Origin: Balanoglossus misakiensis
Taxonomy: Eukaryota; Animalia; Hemichordata
Direction of reading: 5' to 3'
DNA: 64,000 nt
Assembly: GCA_040954595.2 (NCBI GenBank)
Contig: CM082594.2
Coordinates: 7,026,840-7,090,839 of the forward strand
The position numbers were made by a program, and so were the translations under genes. Within the stretch, counting starts at the first letter, position 1; every line of letters begins with the position of its first letter. Shown piece after piece: positions 1 through 15,000 of the stretch. The notes below the pieces were generated by a model. It had not been told where the DNA came from. It was given only the letters and a program-made list of their open reading frames with translations, and did not search any database.

Positions 1-3000
1 CTTTACACACATGTCCTTCTGGTAACCATAGCCTGCGGCTTCGGTAAATATTTGATGGCGTTAAAGGGAGATTTGAGAGCTAATATTCCTTCGGAGACAT
101 CCTCTCGCCGAGGAAACAAATCCCAGCATCAATTATTTCTGAAAATGGCTATCTCTGTCTGTCTGCTGCGTATTGTCCCATTGAAGACAAAGGGGGTTTA
201 CAAGTAAAATGATTGCATTAAATGTTGTCAAAGTTTTGAATTAACGATGTCAGGGCTTCCCCCAGGTGATCGTGTCATTTCCGTCGTGTTTGTACTGAAG
301 AAAAAACATAGTCCCTTTCGTTGCTGTGCTTCAAAAGAGGGTACGGGTATTAAAATTTTCAATTATCGGTGTAACTGAAAAGACGCGCGTCTTAAAGAAA
401 ATGCTCTTCAGACAAATTTCCTACTAAGTCCAAATCGCCAGTTCGTTTAGTGTTAATATATATACCCACAGCGGATTACATTGACAGAGCTAGTGCGCGG
501 AGTGCCGGGCGTATTACCTGTAGGTCGTTAGACTTGTTCCCGGGAGAGACATAATCACAAACACCGAATCCTTGGTATTACATGCCAATTAATTTTGTCC
601 GTATATGGCATCTAGACACCCAAACGCGGTTCAAAAACATTTTTTGACTAAATTTGAGGATGCAATAACACGAGCAACGAACTAATAAACACAGGCGATG
701 TGTTATCGTCAATTAATATGCCAATGTGGGTTATAAATTGTAAATAATAGGATTCTCTCAAGATGTAAACACCATGAATTCAAGCAATTCTCTTGAATGT
801 TAATAACGTGCTATATCAACTATGAGATGTCATAGAATGGATGATATATTACTAATAAATGTCCCATGCACGTGTGCATGTATGTTGATTATGAAAGGTA
901 AACTTATGCTTAGAATTTGTTATCGTTGTTAGTTGGTGTTTTGGGTCTTGGTGACATTTGCAGTTAACATACACTTTAGATAATTTCCGATGTGAAAATT
1001 CGGTCAATGAAACGAAATAACGACAGAGGAAGTGATCTAATTGATGAACCATGTTAACATACAAGAGCTGTCCGCCGTGAACTTGTTCTTTATACTGTTC
1101 AGGTACAGTCTGCTTCATCGGTTTTGTGGGTTACAGCAAGATATTTACCCTACATCTCTGTGCACATTCCGTCATTAATGTTAGTGAACTTCCTGAATTT
1201 GTTAAAACACCCTTCTTGAAAGAGATAATTTGTAGATGATTTGCCATAACCGACTCAGAAGGAAATGTAGACATTCTACTTTCTACGATACTCTGCTTTG
1301 AGGTGTCGTACGCCGCCGTCCAACAATTCTTTAAAAACAAACCTTTTCACCTACTTCCGATACTGAGGCGTATGTTTGTCGGCAGCAAAATTTTCAATTT
1401 CAGAAAAAGCATAACTAAAGGAGGTTATCTCACATGTTCATGTGTTTGGATATACATGTATATAGCGTTGGTGTGTATAGCTACGTACTATGTGTTTTCT
1501 CTACGTGCAAATCATTTTACAGATATTATATCCAGAGAAAATTTAAGAATTGTTGCGTACTTTGATGAAATGGTCTGACGGTCAGAGAGTCCTTGCTCCA
1601 TGAAAATGAATGTTTATAAGTTCTTATAGACATCTACTGTCTATGGTTCAGGCAACATAAAACAAATAAACAGGACATATACAAGACAATACAATGTACA
1701 TGTATTCCAATCAGTGAATCATACACTGTAATGTCATGCATTCATCTAATTGGGGCGAGCAGGAACTGCGTCATCTATACACCGACGCTATTTGCTTCTT
1801 GGGGAACAATCACGTTTGGATTTTTCACACGTCTGCAAGGCCTGTGCATAATTAATGCACTTGAAAATAACTTGTGTATATTGGACGGGGGAAGGCCCCC
1901 GAGCGCGATTGAAAAGGGGGCGAGGCTATTGTATCCTGTAAATATCTCTACAAAATCTTTCAGATATTACTTCGCGTGAAGTGGGGTTTTTATGAAAATT
2001 GATCATTTAACCGGAAGCAATTTCGTCAGTTTCCACTTACGCTGATTAATTTATCAATGTTTCAAGATGTTTTTCACTCGTGCTTATTATCTTTCATTTT
2101 TTATCTTCAACGATCTACTTTGATGGAAGGAAAAGGCATTCCAATACTCATATTATTCAATTTAATTGAGGTCTTTAATTCCGACAAAAGAGGGAGAAAA
2201 AATACTTTATTCAGGGCTGTTAGCAATTTGTCTTCTATTTAAATTTTTAGTGGAAAGAGTTTTCATTTTAATTTTATTATTCACTAGCCGATCACTGCTG
2301 AATAATAATTTTGTAATTTAAAGAAAAAGCTTGTTCACTCATAATAAATTACAAATAAAATTATGTATCTCTTTAAAAGCGTGACAAAGACATCATGCTG
2401 CGACTCCAATAGAATAACTTCTTGACAAAATTAGCATTTCATGTGATAAAAAACTTTGACGTCAGTGCGCTATTAACACTGACATTTATCTGTTTCAAAC
2501 ACCGAATGTTATGCGCGAGTGAGTAACAAGTTACTATGACCTTGAATGTGACTTCCGGAGTGCGCTGTGAACTACAAAACCTTCCTTTCGACTGGGCAAC
2601 ATTCTACTGGTATTCATTTTTTTCCTTGTTAGCAAAGATACGTGACTATTTAGATTACTCGCAATCGTCTGACGAAATGTTTAATGTCAGACATTCTTCG
2701 TGCACTGGCAGTATATATTTAATTAAACAAAGCCAGACTTAGCCTCAAACTACATTTTTGCATGCTTATATAGTGCGTGGTCGTAACATCCTCTCTCGTC
2801 CCAAGGCAGTTTCAAACCCGATTTTATGATTTTATCGGATTGAAGTGAATTCAAGATTAGAGACTAATTACTTGATTGCGATGCGGTACTTCTGAGTATA
2901 TGGTTACGGTTAGAATCAAAAACAACGATTGAATAATATATCAATGTTGTTTGGAATAAGAAGAACTTGAATTTTAGGATTTAGTGTTCCTCAGTATATT

Positions 3001-6000
3001 TTATAAATGGATAGTATAATAATGATCATGATTGTACCAGTGACCTAAGCAAAGCTGCATGTGTTTCCTGTGTCGTTGCATTTCTGGGCACATGAGACAA
3101 ACTCTATACGTACAATTAAATAAAACGACTATAAAAAGTTCCCGCTTGGAACGAAATATTGAAGAAATCCCAACTTTTATGCCATCTGATGTATTAACAA
3201 GACCCTGGACGCTCATAGCAAAGACAAAGCCCTATCGACTACAAAGGGTGTCCTTCGCTTAACAATTTATTACTAAAGATGTCACGTGACTATTTCTCCA
3301 TGAAAGGCATATACCGTCGAAGATTGTCAATCTATGAATAATTTACAAACGGTCTGAAACGCGATTTTCGTCTGCCCTACAGGTTTAATTTAAAGGAGGG
3401 GGTCTTAATGGACGACTCTTTATGTAAACGTATGTATTATACATGTTGCCTCCCTAAAAACTATGATATATCCTTTAGTGGAAACCTTATACAGAAAGGA
3501 TTTCCAGCGTTCTATTGAAAGTTTTATGTACACTTCACAAGATGGCGGGACTGACGGGAAGGCAGTTTAGGATCGCAGTCAAAGAGAGAGCAAAATAATA
3601 CATCGGGCATTTCTTTGTGGTGCATGAATTTAAGACGGCCATCATCTTACAGGTGAATGCGGGAATGCCGATTGAAATGACGATAACAAATACACGTGCA
3701 GTTTGCTACTCTTATTGCCCATATATAAGCCGATGATGCCGAGACCCTACGTGAGGTTAAACACTGCCGCGAAAAATTCCAGTTAAATTCCTGATATGAT
3801 AACCGTGGAACATCATTAAAATGCCCAAGAGAGTGAGAGTTACCTGATTAAAATTATCTGGTGTTGTACTTTAAGGACTCAAATATCAGATAATCCCCTT
3901 CCCTCAAGGTATCCGAGTCTAACTATTACTTAAGTAAGCAACCCTATAAAAGTATAGAACATATTTTGAAATGTTTCTCCGTTCGTTATAAATACAAAAA
4001 ATGAAGTAACGTTAAAGATTGGATTCTGCACCACTTACAGTGTGATGAAGACGGCAGCTTCTTTTATATACGCCAACCATTATCGTTGAAAAACACTCAA
4101 ATAAAAAATATCATGGAATGTCGTGAAGTTTATTAGCTGTACGAGTTCTCTTTCACGACTTAACCATACATTAAACACTGATTGGGTAATTGTGAAGTTA
4201 TACACACAGAAACGACCTTACAGTAATGTCTACAAATGCATTGAGCGATTTCTTGAAAATTGCTGATTCATTGAGTGCGTAATTGTTTGTCGATTTCCAG
4301 TTAAAGCGTGTTTATGATTCGGTTGGACTTTACGATTGGGCCTCGTCCCCTTCTCGGGAACTAATACGCTGCAATAGAAAAACAATGAAAACTGAGAAAT
4401 ATAGTCTCCATCGACTTGCAAATGATGATAAATATCTACATAACCAGTGAAACTGCGGCAGTTAACTAGCCCGACAAATAAAGAGCAAATAAACGTTTTT
4501 TTCCACTACAGTGATTTATATCACAGCTTATTATGCCACTTAGCGAAATGCCCTCCAAATGTATTTTAGAGGAAACGCGAGCAAGGTTAAATGTAATATC
4601 TTTCATCCCTATATTACTGTGGTATATTGAAACAAATTTACGTCAATCCAGAGAACGGTTCGTCATCAGAACCCTGCAAGCCCTGCGGTTATAGATTTTA
4701 CTCAGTAGAGCGAACCATTCTGCGATACTGAGTATTTTGGCTGGCAATCGATGTAACATTCTTTTAGGTCATAAACAAAGTTTGGGAGAGACCTTGCGAG
4801 CAACGTACTTCAATGCTACTAGTACTAGTAAAGTATTATAACCGACAACTGTAATATTTATGTGGACAAGGAAAGGGGTTTCTATAAAGGAAAGAAGACT
4901 TTAGGCAATACACACATGTATGTGCGGGTTATGAAAGAGATATGAAATGTAATGAAGGATTTGGAGCTCAGCTTCTGAATGGGAGAGCGCAGCTAAGCCT
5001 TAAGAGATTGAAATGCGAGCAGGTCACGATCAAGATTATCTCCACAAAGAAATCCTTTGGAATAATATGCGTAAATGCGGAACATGTTAACTCCCTTTCC
5101 ACGAAGGATAATGCAGCCAGTCACGACTGAATTCTAATGAAATCATAGTCTTCTCCCCCATTTCTCGTCGTTGGGCATTTTAAGCGATTGGTTGACAGTA
5201 CAGGAAAAACAAATGCGTGACGTCATGTCGAGATGATAACCATGCAGTTGCCGACAAAACCACCTACTTTCCCAATACTTCACTTCCTTAATTAACGGCC
5301 TGCCATTGGCGATTGTTACGAAAGCGTATACTGCCTTCTTTTTAGACCTTCCACCCACTGACTTTGTATTCCTAGAAATGAAAATCTCCTTGATCTCTCT
5401 ATACATGTAATCAAATCGAATTTATATGTCTTTGTTCTTTGAGGGGAAGATGGGCAAAGAACTATATCGATTAAGTCCCAAAGATATGATGCGATCCTAT
5501 CTGATATGGTGTAGATAGACAACCCATGACTGACTTGATAATGTCAGCATATAAAATAACACTGAGTTACACCAAATATTCTGTGGTAGGAGGGCGATGC
5601 TTGGGGAAAACAATAGGGAAGGACGCATAGTGGACAAAGTCACCCTTTACGTTATGTCTTCGGGGAATTGGTCTGTACACAAATTGTCAGCCTGGTTCCG
5701 GATACAAGTGGCGGCACCCATGAAACACACAGTATTTAAAGATGAATATCTTACAGTCCCTAAGTGCAGAAAAGTTCATTGCCTGAATTGCAAATATCCG
5801 CCACCGCGGTAAATAAATGTCATGTGAAAGTCAACTTGTAATAGCTCGGCACAATTGAGATTTATGTTTATGTGTGGAAACCCGTTTTAATATTTGTCGC
5901 TGCAGAGCCGAGACATTCATCATGCTCAATCATATCTTAACAGTTTTCGGTCGAAGTTTGCTAAAAGCTCGGCGCTAAAACGATAGAGGCAATGGTTAAT

Positions 6001-9000
6001 ATATTGTCTCGGCATGGCGCATTTATTATTCAGGTGTCGAAATTTATTGTCCCGAGTCAACTACGCTATAACTGTCAAAGATAACGTAAATTATTATCGC
6101 ATTTTCCTGCACAAATTCAACTTGCTTCCCATGCCATTACACTGATTGGGGTAGCCGTACTCCATATCAGTAGCGGCATGTGGTATTTATCAAGTCCTGC
6201 TTTCAAGAACATGTTTTTCATGTACTTCTCCACATGCAGGGATAAGTTTTCAAATCCCCTAATTCTCCCATCCACTGCCTCCAGAGGTGTTTGGTGAACG
6301 TAGCCTTATCTAATGTGTGTGTCACGAAAAGTGTGAAAATTTGGCGTCTTTACTCGTCCTGAAGAGATCACGATGAAGAGTGTGTAAACAGGGCGAATCG
6401 TGACTTGTGGGTGTTAATGGGGGCGTTAGTGCGATGGCGCATCACAGGATTTTTCCTGAATGAATAGCCAGATTTAACGTCAAAGCCGTTTATAATTATA
6501 TCCCATTGCCACAACCAGCTTCGCCGAAAACCGATGCACCATCTAACGTGTACTACCAATAGACATACTTTAACCACTTGGAGTTTGGAGTATTTAACGC
6601 AAATGCACATTAATCAAATCAGATGTCACAGCCCTATGTAATCTACGCGTTGTATTTCGATACATTATTTAAACACATTGTTTTATCACATGGTCTGTGA
6701 TCTATTTGACAGTCACAATGCCAGAGTGGGAAGTACATGTATGTAACAAACGATGAATGTCATACATGTACGTGTATTTTGTAATAACGTGAAATGTTCT
6801 GCCCTATACCTCTGTGGTGAAGGATTCTCCCATTCAAGGATGAACTGACGGAAAGTTAAATACTCAGTCACCTTCCTTTTACTAGTGCACCAGTCTCTGT
6901 AACCCCGTTATACTGTTGACATTTAACATTGAGCTTTAATATTTCATCTCTCCATTATTTTGTAAATGTCAAAGTGGGTTAAAACGGTAAAGAAAGTTTA
7001 CACGGGGGATTCAGGTAAACCTGCCTTTGTCCTGATGAAAATACAACGTGAACTTTAATGATCAGCTTTAAGTAGCATAAATAATCCCTGCTCTCTGAGT
7101 ATACCCTGAATGTAAACATCGCTTTGTACCGCTTGCAGGATTTGGTGACTCGTGATATATTCCAAATCCATTACTTGAGAAAACATGGCATTTTATTGAC
7201 TCCCCGCTCTCTGCAACGCCACGTTGCCAACCTCTGGAAAGTGTTCAAACATTCCCATGTGTTTCCGTGAGTCTAGCTTTGCCTTTGCGTAGTGAGGTCC
7301 ATGCTAGGTACATGTACGACCCTTTCGGATTTTGTTGTGCCGCCGGCGACCTATGCCGGTCTCTCGTGGTGCGAGAATTGCTCGCCTTGTGCAGATAATT
7401 CTGGCGATGAGAAATTCTGCACTGTTAAGTGTGGCGGACAACCGTCGGGAACAATTTCATAAAATGTCAAAGTGTTTCCATGACGGAAGAATCAGCAGGA
7501 AATCTTGCAGAGATTTCCACTTCGTGTCCGGTGTTTCCATTCATTATGCAATGGAACGTGTCTGAACTCATCACATGTGTCGAAACGACCCCTTTACACC
7601 GATTACTTTAACAGCTTGCAACTGTTCTTGCTAACGGCCAGTTTATACCGTCCCAATGTACTGTAGTCCCTAACCTAAGCTACAACTGTCCAAATCAAGG
7701 CAAAATCTGTGTGTGTGCTTGTTGTTGTTTTTTGCGGGGATAAAATTATGAACACCTTCCAGATCTTTTATTTGAACTTCCCTCTTCTTTATATATACAG
7801 TCATATATAATACAATTAAGATTTGATTCGTTTCATTTCCGGTGGTATATGCATGAAATCCAGTATTCGCTTGACTGTCACCATATTGACCACGCAATCA
7901 CCTTTTCACATCTCCCACGGATCAAATTATAGTGCATGAATTCTTCAGTCTAAAAAAAGTATGTCATGGCATCATTTTATATTACATGTTGTGCATGTCA
8001 ATATTATGGTACAAAGACATCCTCGAGGAAAGATATTACAAACAGGGACACATCATGTGATAGGGCGGAAATGACGTAGAGTTGCCTGCTGTTCTTCTCA
8101 AATAGTTTGATATCATTATTATTCATAGATACATGACATATCCACTTGTATGTTGAGTCATAGATATCTGCGGCTGATAACAGTGTAGTAATGCAAAACT
8201 AAAACATATCTGTCGACATTCTCCTTGTATGCAGAGTATCATCAGGCATGACCAACACGTCAAAAAACATTCATAAAATTTCATCCTGTATGTGAAGATT
8301 TAGTCATGTCATAATTATAACTTTTAGTCCGCACGTGTTACAAATAAATAAACATCGTTTAACATATTGAAGTACACGAATGTTTTTGAAGCAAATATTT
8401 TGATGATAAATTTACAATATTCCGTAGTGTGACGTCCGGTAATGTTTATCACTAACAAAATTTACCACGCACTCGCCACCTGCAGTTGGCTATGATACAA
8501 CTGCGATACACTGGTCTATCACGTTTCAGATACTGTTGTCATAGCTCATACAAGCAGCACAGCTGTCATTTCCAGGTAACCGCGAGGAAGGAGTCGTGTT
8601 TACCGCGTCACCGACAGAGTTAGTCAGGGGCAGAGGTGTAGTTTGGCAAATTTGTCCGCAGATCAGATGTCAGAGTATACCTACTAGTTTTGTTTCACAA
8701 CAAGTCAGTCGTCTTGTGGTAGATCGTTTGATGCCAGCCGCGGTTTAAGGTTTTAGTTTCACCGATGTGGGAATGTGACCTCCAATGTTCCGCCAATAAA
8801 AATGAATATGCTGCGTTGCAAGATGGTGAAAAGTGGTTGAGTTTCCATTACTGATATTTGAAGGTGCAAAATATCTTCTGTCGTACACCCGACACCCCGG
8901 GTACAAAGCCTGAAGCGATAGTCTTCCGGGGGTTTTATGTCTATGTTTTCACTAACACGCACCAGACGGCCACTTCTTCTTTACTGAACAAGGAATATAT

Positions 9001-12000
9001 TTCAGTCATGTCTTCTCGCCAGCTTTAGGGCAAAGCTCGATGCCTCTGATTATGCAAATGATTGACTTTTCCCTCGCCATCTTATCATCACTAAAGCTGT
9101 TTCCGGAACTGTGGGCCGATTTGGGAGGGGGGGGGGGGGAGAAATATCTGTCGGCTAATTGTCACGGCAACACAGGGAAGGCAACGCCTGGGATTTCGCA
9201 CATTGCATGGCTTGCCGCTCATCTGTGGGGATCAGCTGATTAATTTTGCAGGATTTTTTTTTCTTCGTATAAAGCCCGGGCTCTCCACCCGCTGCGAACT
9301 TCCACTGCGACGCAGCGGCGCGGAAGAAAATTCAATGCACACTGACGCGTGCCTTAAAGACACGGCAACAAAAGATGCAGAGGTGGGAGACTGAGGTCGT
9401 CGGATAAAGAATACTTCAAACAAACTGTCTTGGCAATTTCGCGCCGAAAAACACCAGGGAAACAATAAAGCATCTTGGGAACTAATCTTGTCAAATCCTG
9501 AATCCGTCTTCAGTGGCTGCCCAGAAAATCGTGGAAGAATGCACAGACGCGGCAGATATATATCCTACGAAGTAGTTATTCTTCAAATTGGCATGATCGC
9601 TGAACGGATCCGATGTTAAACCGATGTGAACTGTCTCGTTCCATATTCTAATTCTATCCTCGCAACTCTCGTATACATGCCAACCGAATGTAACTTTATA
9701 TTGGACCCTATTTTTCTGTCTCACAAGTTTTCATGATTGCGTTGCCGTAAACATCTGTTGTTTGGAGGTTATTTACACCGTTTCTTTTTCTGCTCCGTGC
9801 ATTGCATTGGAGTGCAGTAAAATTCGATCTTAATGGAGTATGAATAAGCAATAAATATTGTGATAAAGATTCAAACATTTCCTGTGGACTGAAGGCATCC
9901 TTTCAGATTTTGCAATCGCGAAGCCAGATGAACACGAGATGAGTTTTAAGCAAAAAGATATATCGCGCCCGAGATTTGTCATTAGATGCGAGTCAGAATT
10001 TCTCATAATACCACTTTGTTGTATCCGCAGACAGTTTATCCTCAAACGAGGAATGTTTTGGATCAGAATGATGCCTTTTACAAGACGCCTTGCGCATGCG
10101 CTGCGAGATTTGATATTTTTCTTCTCTGCACTGTACCATTTCCCTATTATACCTAACCCAAATAAACGTCTATTCCCCCTAAAAGCTCTCAGAGGGACAT
10201 GTGAATCGCGAGTATTTTCTTTGTGGATGTTGTTTGAAAGAGAAGATCATATTACAGTAGACCTGTGTATGTTTCAGGGAACCTTTGCGAAGTAAATCGA
10301 CGTGGCCCTTTACAAATGTGCAGTTTCATGCTGTAGTTTACATAATAAAAAGCTGCATGCTTGGACTGAAACGGTGTGTCTTCTTCTCGTCCATACATGT
10401 ACTTCTATTATGCAGAGTCTTATGGAGAATATACATTTTACTCACTGCCGTTTGGGAATTGTGCGTGTCAAGTAACTGTCTCGTTTTGAGGCCTGAATGC
10501 GTAGTTATCAACTGCATAACGGGTTCCCTTTGATACAGTTAGCTTTTAGTAGCGTGTTTATTATTGCATCAGCAAAAGGAAAGGGAACTGGGCTCTCTCG
10601 GTTTTCGTCTCAAAATGATTCCTGTGACAGCTTATGTGCTTCAGAGAACAGCTGAAGGGAACTACGCGTCAAATATATAGTGTACTGTTCTTCTTGGTAT
10701 GTTGACATTTCGAAATTCTTAGCTTGGAAAGTCAATGCTCCGGGCACGCTGTGCCTCTTTCAAATTTTCGCATAGTCTGGTACATGTAGGTCCTGAGAAA
10801 TCGTCGCATGCAAATTACCCAAGATGTCTGGCGGAAGTGACGACGCCTGTCTCCTTGATGTCGATGGCTCAGATGAGTCTTGTAGTCTACACGTTCTTCA
10901 TGGCCAAACAAAGGGATTCTTTTGGAATTCTGAGCGCTTGTCTGGGAAGGAAGGAAGGTCAGAGCAGCTCGATAAAAAGGAATTTCATTCTCCTGACCGG
11001 TAAATGTGTTAAGCGTCCATGCCGGATGGTGCTCAACCGTTCATGATGTCATATCCGGCGACAACAGACTCATCGATTGTAGGGTGCATGGAAATGCGTA
11101 GTATACGATTGAATGCTGGCAATAGTACAACAAAATTTAAAGCTTATGAATTTGTAAAACTCACTAAAACATGCTGAATTTTGGTTGCGAGAATTTCTCG
11201 TTAGTGGAACTTGTTTAAAGGCATAACGTGGGAGCAACCAGGTGATAAAAATCTTCAGATGCAAGTATGCCATCAATAATGTTAGGGCAGCAGTAAATGT
11301 TTCATGGTGTGACTGGGATTTCAAGCAAATGACACGTAGACTTTTCTGAATTCCTGAACATAGTCAGCGGCGTTGCAAGCGTGCCTGGTAATCTGTAGAA
11401 TTTCGAAGATTTTCTGAGTTCAGACGTATAACAATCCATAAAGTCGTCCCATTTTCTTTGTAGCAATTTAAGAACTAGTATTCTCCCTAATACTCTTTTT
11501 CTGGGTTTTCTTCAATTTCATATTTTTAAAAATAATACAGCTCTATCCAATAGTAGCGCGTTATATCGAATAAGTAATTTTCCTTGTTTGACCGGCATGA
11601 TAAAAGTGGATGAGTAAGACTCTATTTCTATACAGGATGATCATCTGATATCAATACTGGTGTTGTCTTGAAGTTTTATATCTTCGCAATTTGGTCTTGT
11701 TGTGATAAGTCAAGCGTAAATCGAAAGACGTTTCAATTTTACAGCGTCTTCGTGATCGAAGAGTTTCCTTCAGTCTCGTTAATCAGCAACCAGCGCGCAC
11801 ACGTTCGGCCTTCCAAATTCGTGTATCCGATTTAAAATTAGAACAAAATTAAAACCTGGAATACATTCATTTCCGGAGGGTAGTCCAAAAGGAGATTGAA
11901 TCTTTGGAGTGTACTTCCTGACATATGATGCGACGTGAAAGTGAAAATAGAGAATGGCGAGAAGGTTTTTTTTTTGTCTGGAATTCGAACTGAGGAGGGT

Positions 12001-15000
12001 ACGGGGTCGAGAGCATCGACACCGGGATTAGCAACTCGCCGGAAATGCGCAACAGTTCGCTTTACACCGACCGGAAGCCGTGTCAAGCTGTGGATTATAG
12101 AGGTCGCCCTTTTGCGTAAATGGCTTATCCAACCTTGAAATGTTTCGAGTAAATGTGTGTCCGTGGTTCTTACAATTCTGATTCTGTGGTTGTGACTGAA
12201 CTTAAAAATTAGTAAATCTACCTAAAGCAATTTTTCGTTGGATCTGGGTCATTTTTTTAAACTACAACTGTCCACCGTTTCTATTCGTCGAAAAGGGATA
12301 TGATGCTGCAAATCGTTAGTGAAACCAGTCACGTACACAGAGACAGAATCTGCACGTGTCAAAAGAGACAACAATTGTTATTTTGATATTTTATTGAGGA
12401 TGTACCATGTTAAACTACCCACTTAGACCTAATAACAATCTATGCAGACATCAAAATAACGGCCTCTTGTTAAAAATGCGATTTTTCCATGTTAAATCAA
12501 TATTGACAATACGCTAGACTAACTTTCTCATGCATATTGGCCTAGACGGGCGGTCAGCGACTTTCTAATTAGCAAGCTTGATGTCTGCCTTTCCACAATT
12601 GCTCTTCCCCCCGTTAGTCTACATGGAGTAATAAACTTTGTGTCAATTTTATTAGAGCTCGTAACTAGCGCAGAACAAGGCAGGCCCCGGAGCGAGTAAT
12701 TGCGATCACGCCTCCTCAAGTGAGTTATTGCCGCGCCGTAATCGGTCGTCGGGATTCCCTCTGTGGCCGCCATCTTCCTGGTAACAAGCTAATGGACACC
12801 CTTCATCACTTCAACGCGGCTAAGAAGCTTGTCAACAGCATCTTCTCCTGAGACCACGTGTCCATTAAGAATGTTTCCACGGAGACACTTTTTTCTAGTT
12901 CGCCTTACGGAGAGGCTTGTACGTGAAACCAACCAGGGCTTTGCTTTGCTCGCTGTTCATTGAAGTCTCAGCACCTAGCGACGATTTCTATATTACTTCC
13001 ATGATTTTAGTTTCGAACCCTAGCGGTACATTGTCTCCACTATATATAAGAAATCGATGTCTGCTGGCTATTCTAGTATACTTAGGACTTATGTGTAAAT
13101 TGAAGTGTATGAAAACATGTAGCCTACTATGATGAAACATATCTAGCCTTGCTCTCTAAACAGAACATTCATTAAAATGATATGTATAAAATTAATACAC
13201 CTTTCTTTATATCATTGGAGATATATGTCAGTAAGTCTCGAAATATGGAGTCATTCAGGCTACAGCAACATGTAGGCCTATCCACAAAAATCAGAGCTGA
13301 TTTATGGATTTTTAAGTTACATTTATGTGGCTGTCTGCGCATTGGTGTCGGCTGTTCAAATTAAATCAACACGCAGACCGGTTCTCGTCAGTCTATAATT
13401 AAAAGACGTTTACAAATGATTATAAGGCGAACATTGACAGGCTCCTTCTATAGTTTCAAAGCGAAGTGTCTCAGCCAGAACGCTCTCACGTCATATGCAC
13501 CTGTGTAATCGTTATATTATTAAGATTACACCAACCTCATTCTTGTATATCGGACCTGAAAGTCTTCTTTATTTATTCAGGATTGGTTTTGACAAACTCA
13601 AACTTTTATAAACGTTTCTAAAAATATGGGTCTATACATTAGTTCATATAAAACATTAAAGCCACGTTCTGTACGACTAAAATATTCATCTGCATCGTGA
13701 AGTGTCGGGCCGTTACTATACCGCAAGTAAAATAAAAACATAACAGTGAGAAATATGTGTTTCATGACAGATTAAAATTAGGCCTAGTTCAAGGAATTTT
13801 TCAACTGACCTCTGTAAACTCAAACTGTAGTGCAACGTAGCTACTCAGAAGTCAGTTATGTCTGAATGGGAAGGAAGTGTCAGATTATTCAAAATCTCGT
13901 TGTCACTGGAAAACACCGCTTTTTAAATTGCTATGGTGTATTTCTTACTGTCTGTCACCAGACTTTGATGTAAGGCTGTGATAGTGACTGTTCTGCACAC
14001 AGTACATGTTTTGAGTTGAATCAGTGTCACGTTAAGTCCTCTGCGGAAGGAAATTTCAGAAATTGTGAATGTTGGTGTCAGAGGGACGCTTTTCTACGTG
14101 TTACGTTACAGCTTTCTGTCAATATAATCTATAATTGTGAGAATTGATAGCGACTGTTTTTATATCGCCAGATTGGATTTACTTATGCCAGTCATTCCTC
14201 ACGCCAAGTCGTATGCGGAAGGAAATTTCAGAATTTTTTTTTATATTTCTGTCACAACAAGGTATGTTTTCGCTTCAAAATTAGCATTTTGTTCGAAACG
14301 CCTTTCACGGTCGGGAGATCTACGCTGTGATGTCAGATATGATATGACAGCGAAGGCTGTACGACCGCACGATATCGTCAGAATCGAGGACGAGGTGAAC
14401 AAAGCCTGGAAAAAAGTTAATCGCGAAACGCTCTCTTAAAATTGGATGGTTAGATATTCGGATTCCCGGGGTTATTCAGGCCCACAAAGTAAGCTGAACA
14501 AATAACACCCGGCGTGTGATTCTTGCGGAGTGTTATTGGAAAGCAAAGGTAAACGACCGGTCTGTGTGAAGTTCCCAGGCAAGCCAGGTTAGTAACTGAA
14601 TTTAATTTTCGAGTCAGAGATGTGATCTAGCTAGCGAATAGTCAACTGCTCCCCAGGACACGTTCTTAGTCAAAGAAAGTTAAGTCTTTCAAATCTCTTA
14701 ATTCAAGGTCACATATTAAAGGTTAGAATCGTCTCACAGGCGAAAAAGTTTTTTTAATATCTTGTTTTTGAGCCGGAGGAAAATGAAATTAATTCCAGTT
14801 AATATTGGCGGCCACATTGATTTGCAATCAATTGGTAATGTGCGCAACATTTGGCTTGGTTTATTTGTCTGTGGAGCTCCTCAATGCGCAGGTCATGTCA
14901 TGGTGCCCCTGACCTTCATTTTCTTGAATTTTAATGCCATGGTTACGACTTCATCCCGAAAAGTTCACAGTACCCCGGGCACAATGCAATTAGTGACAAA

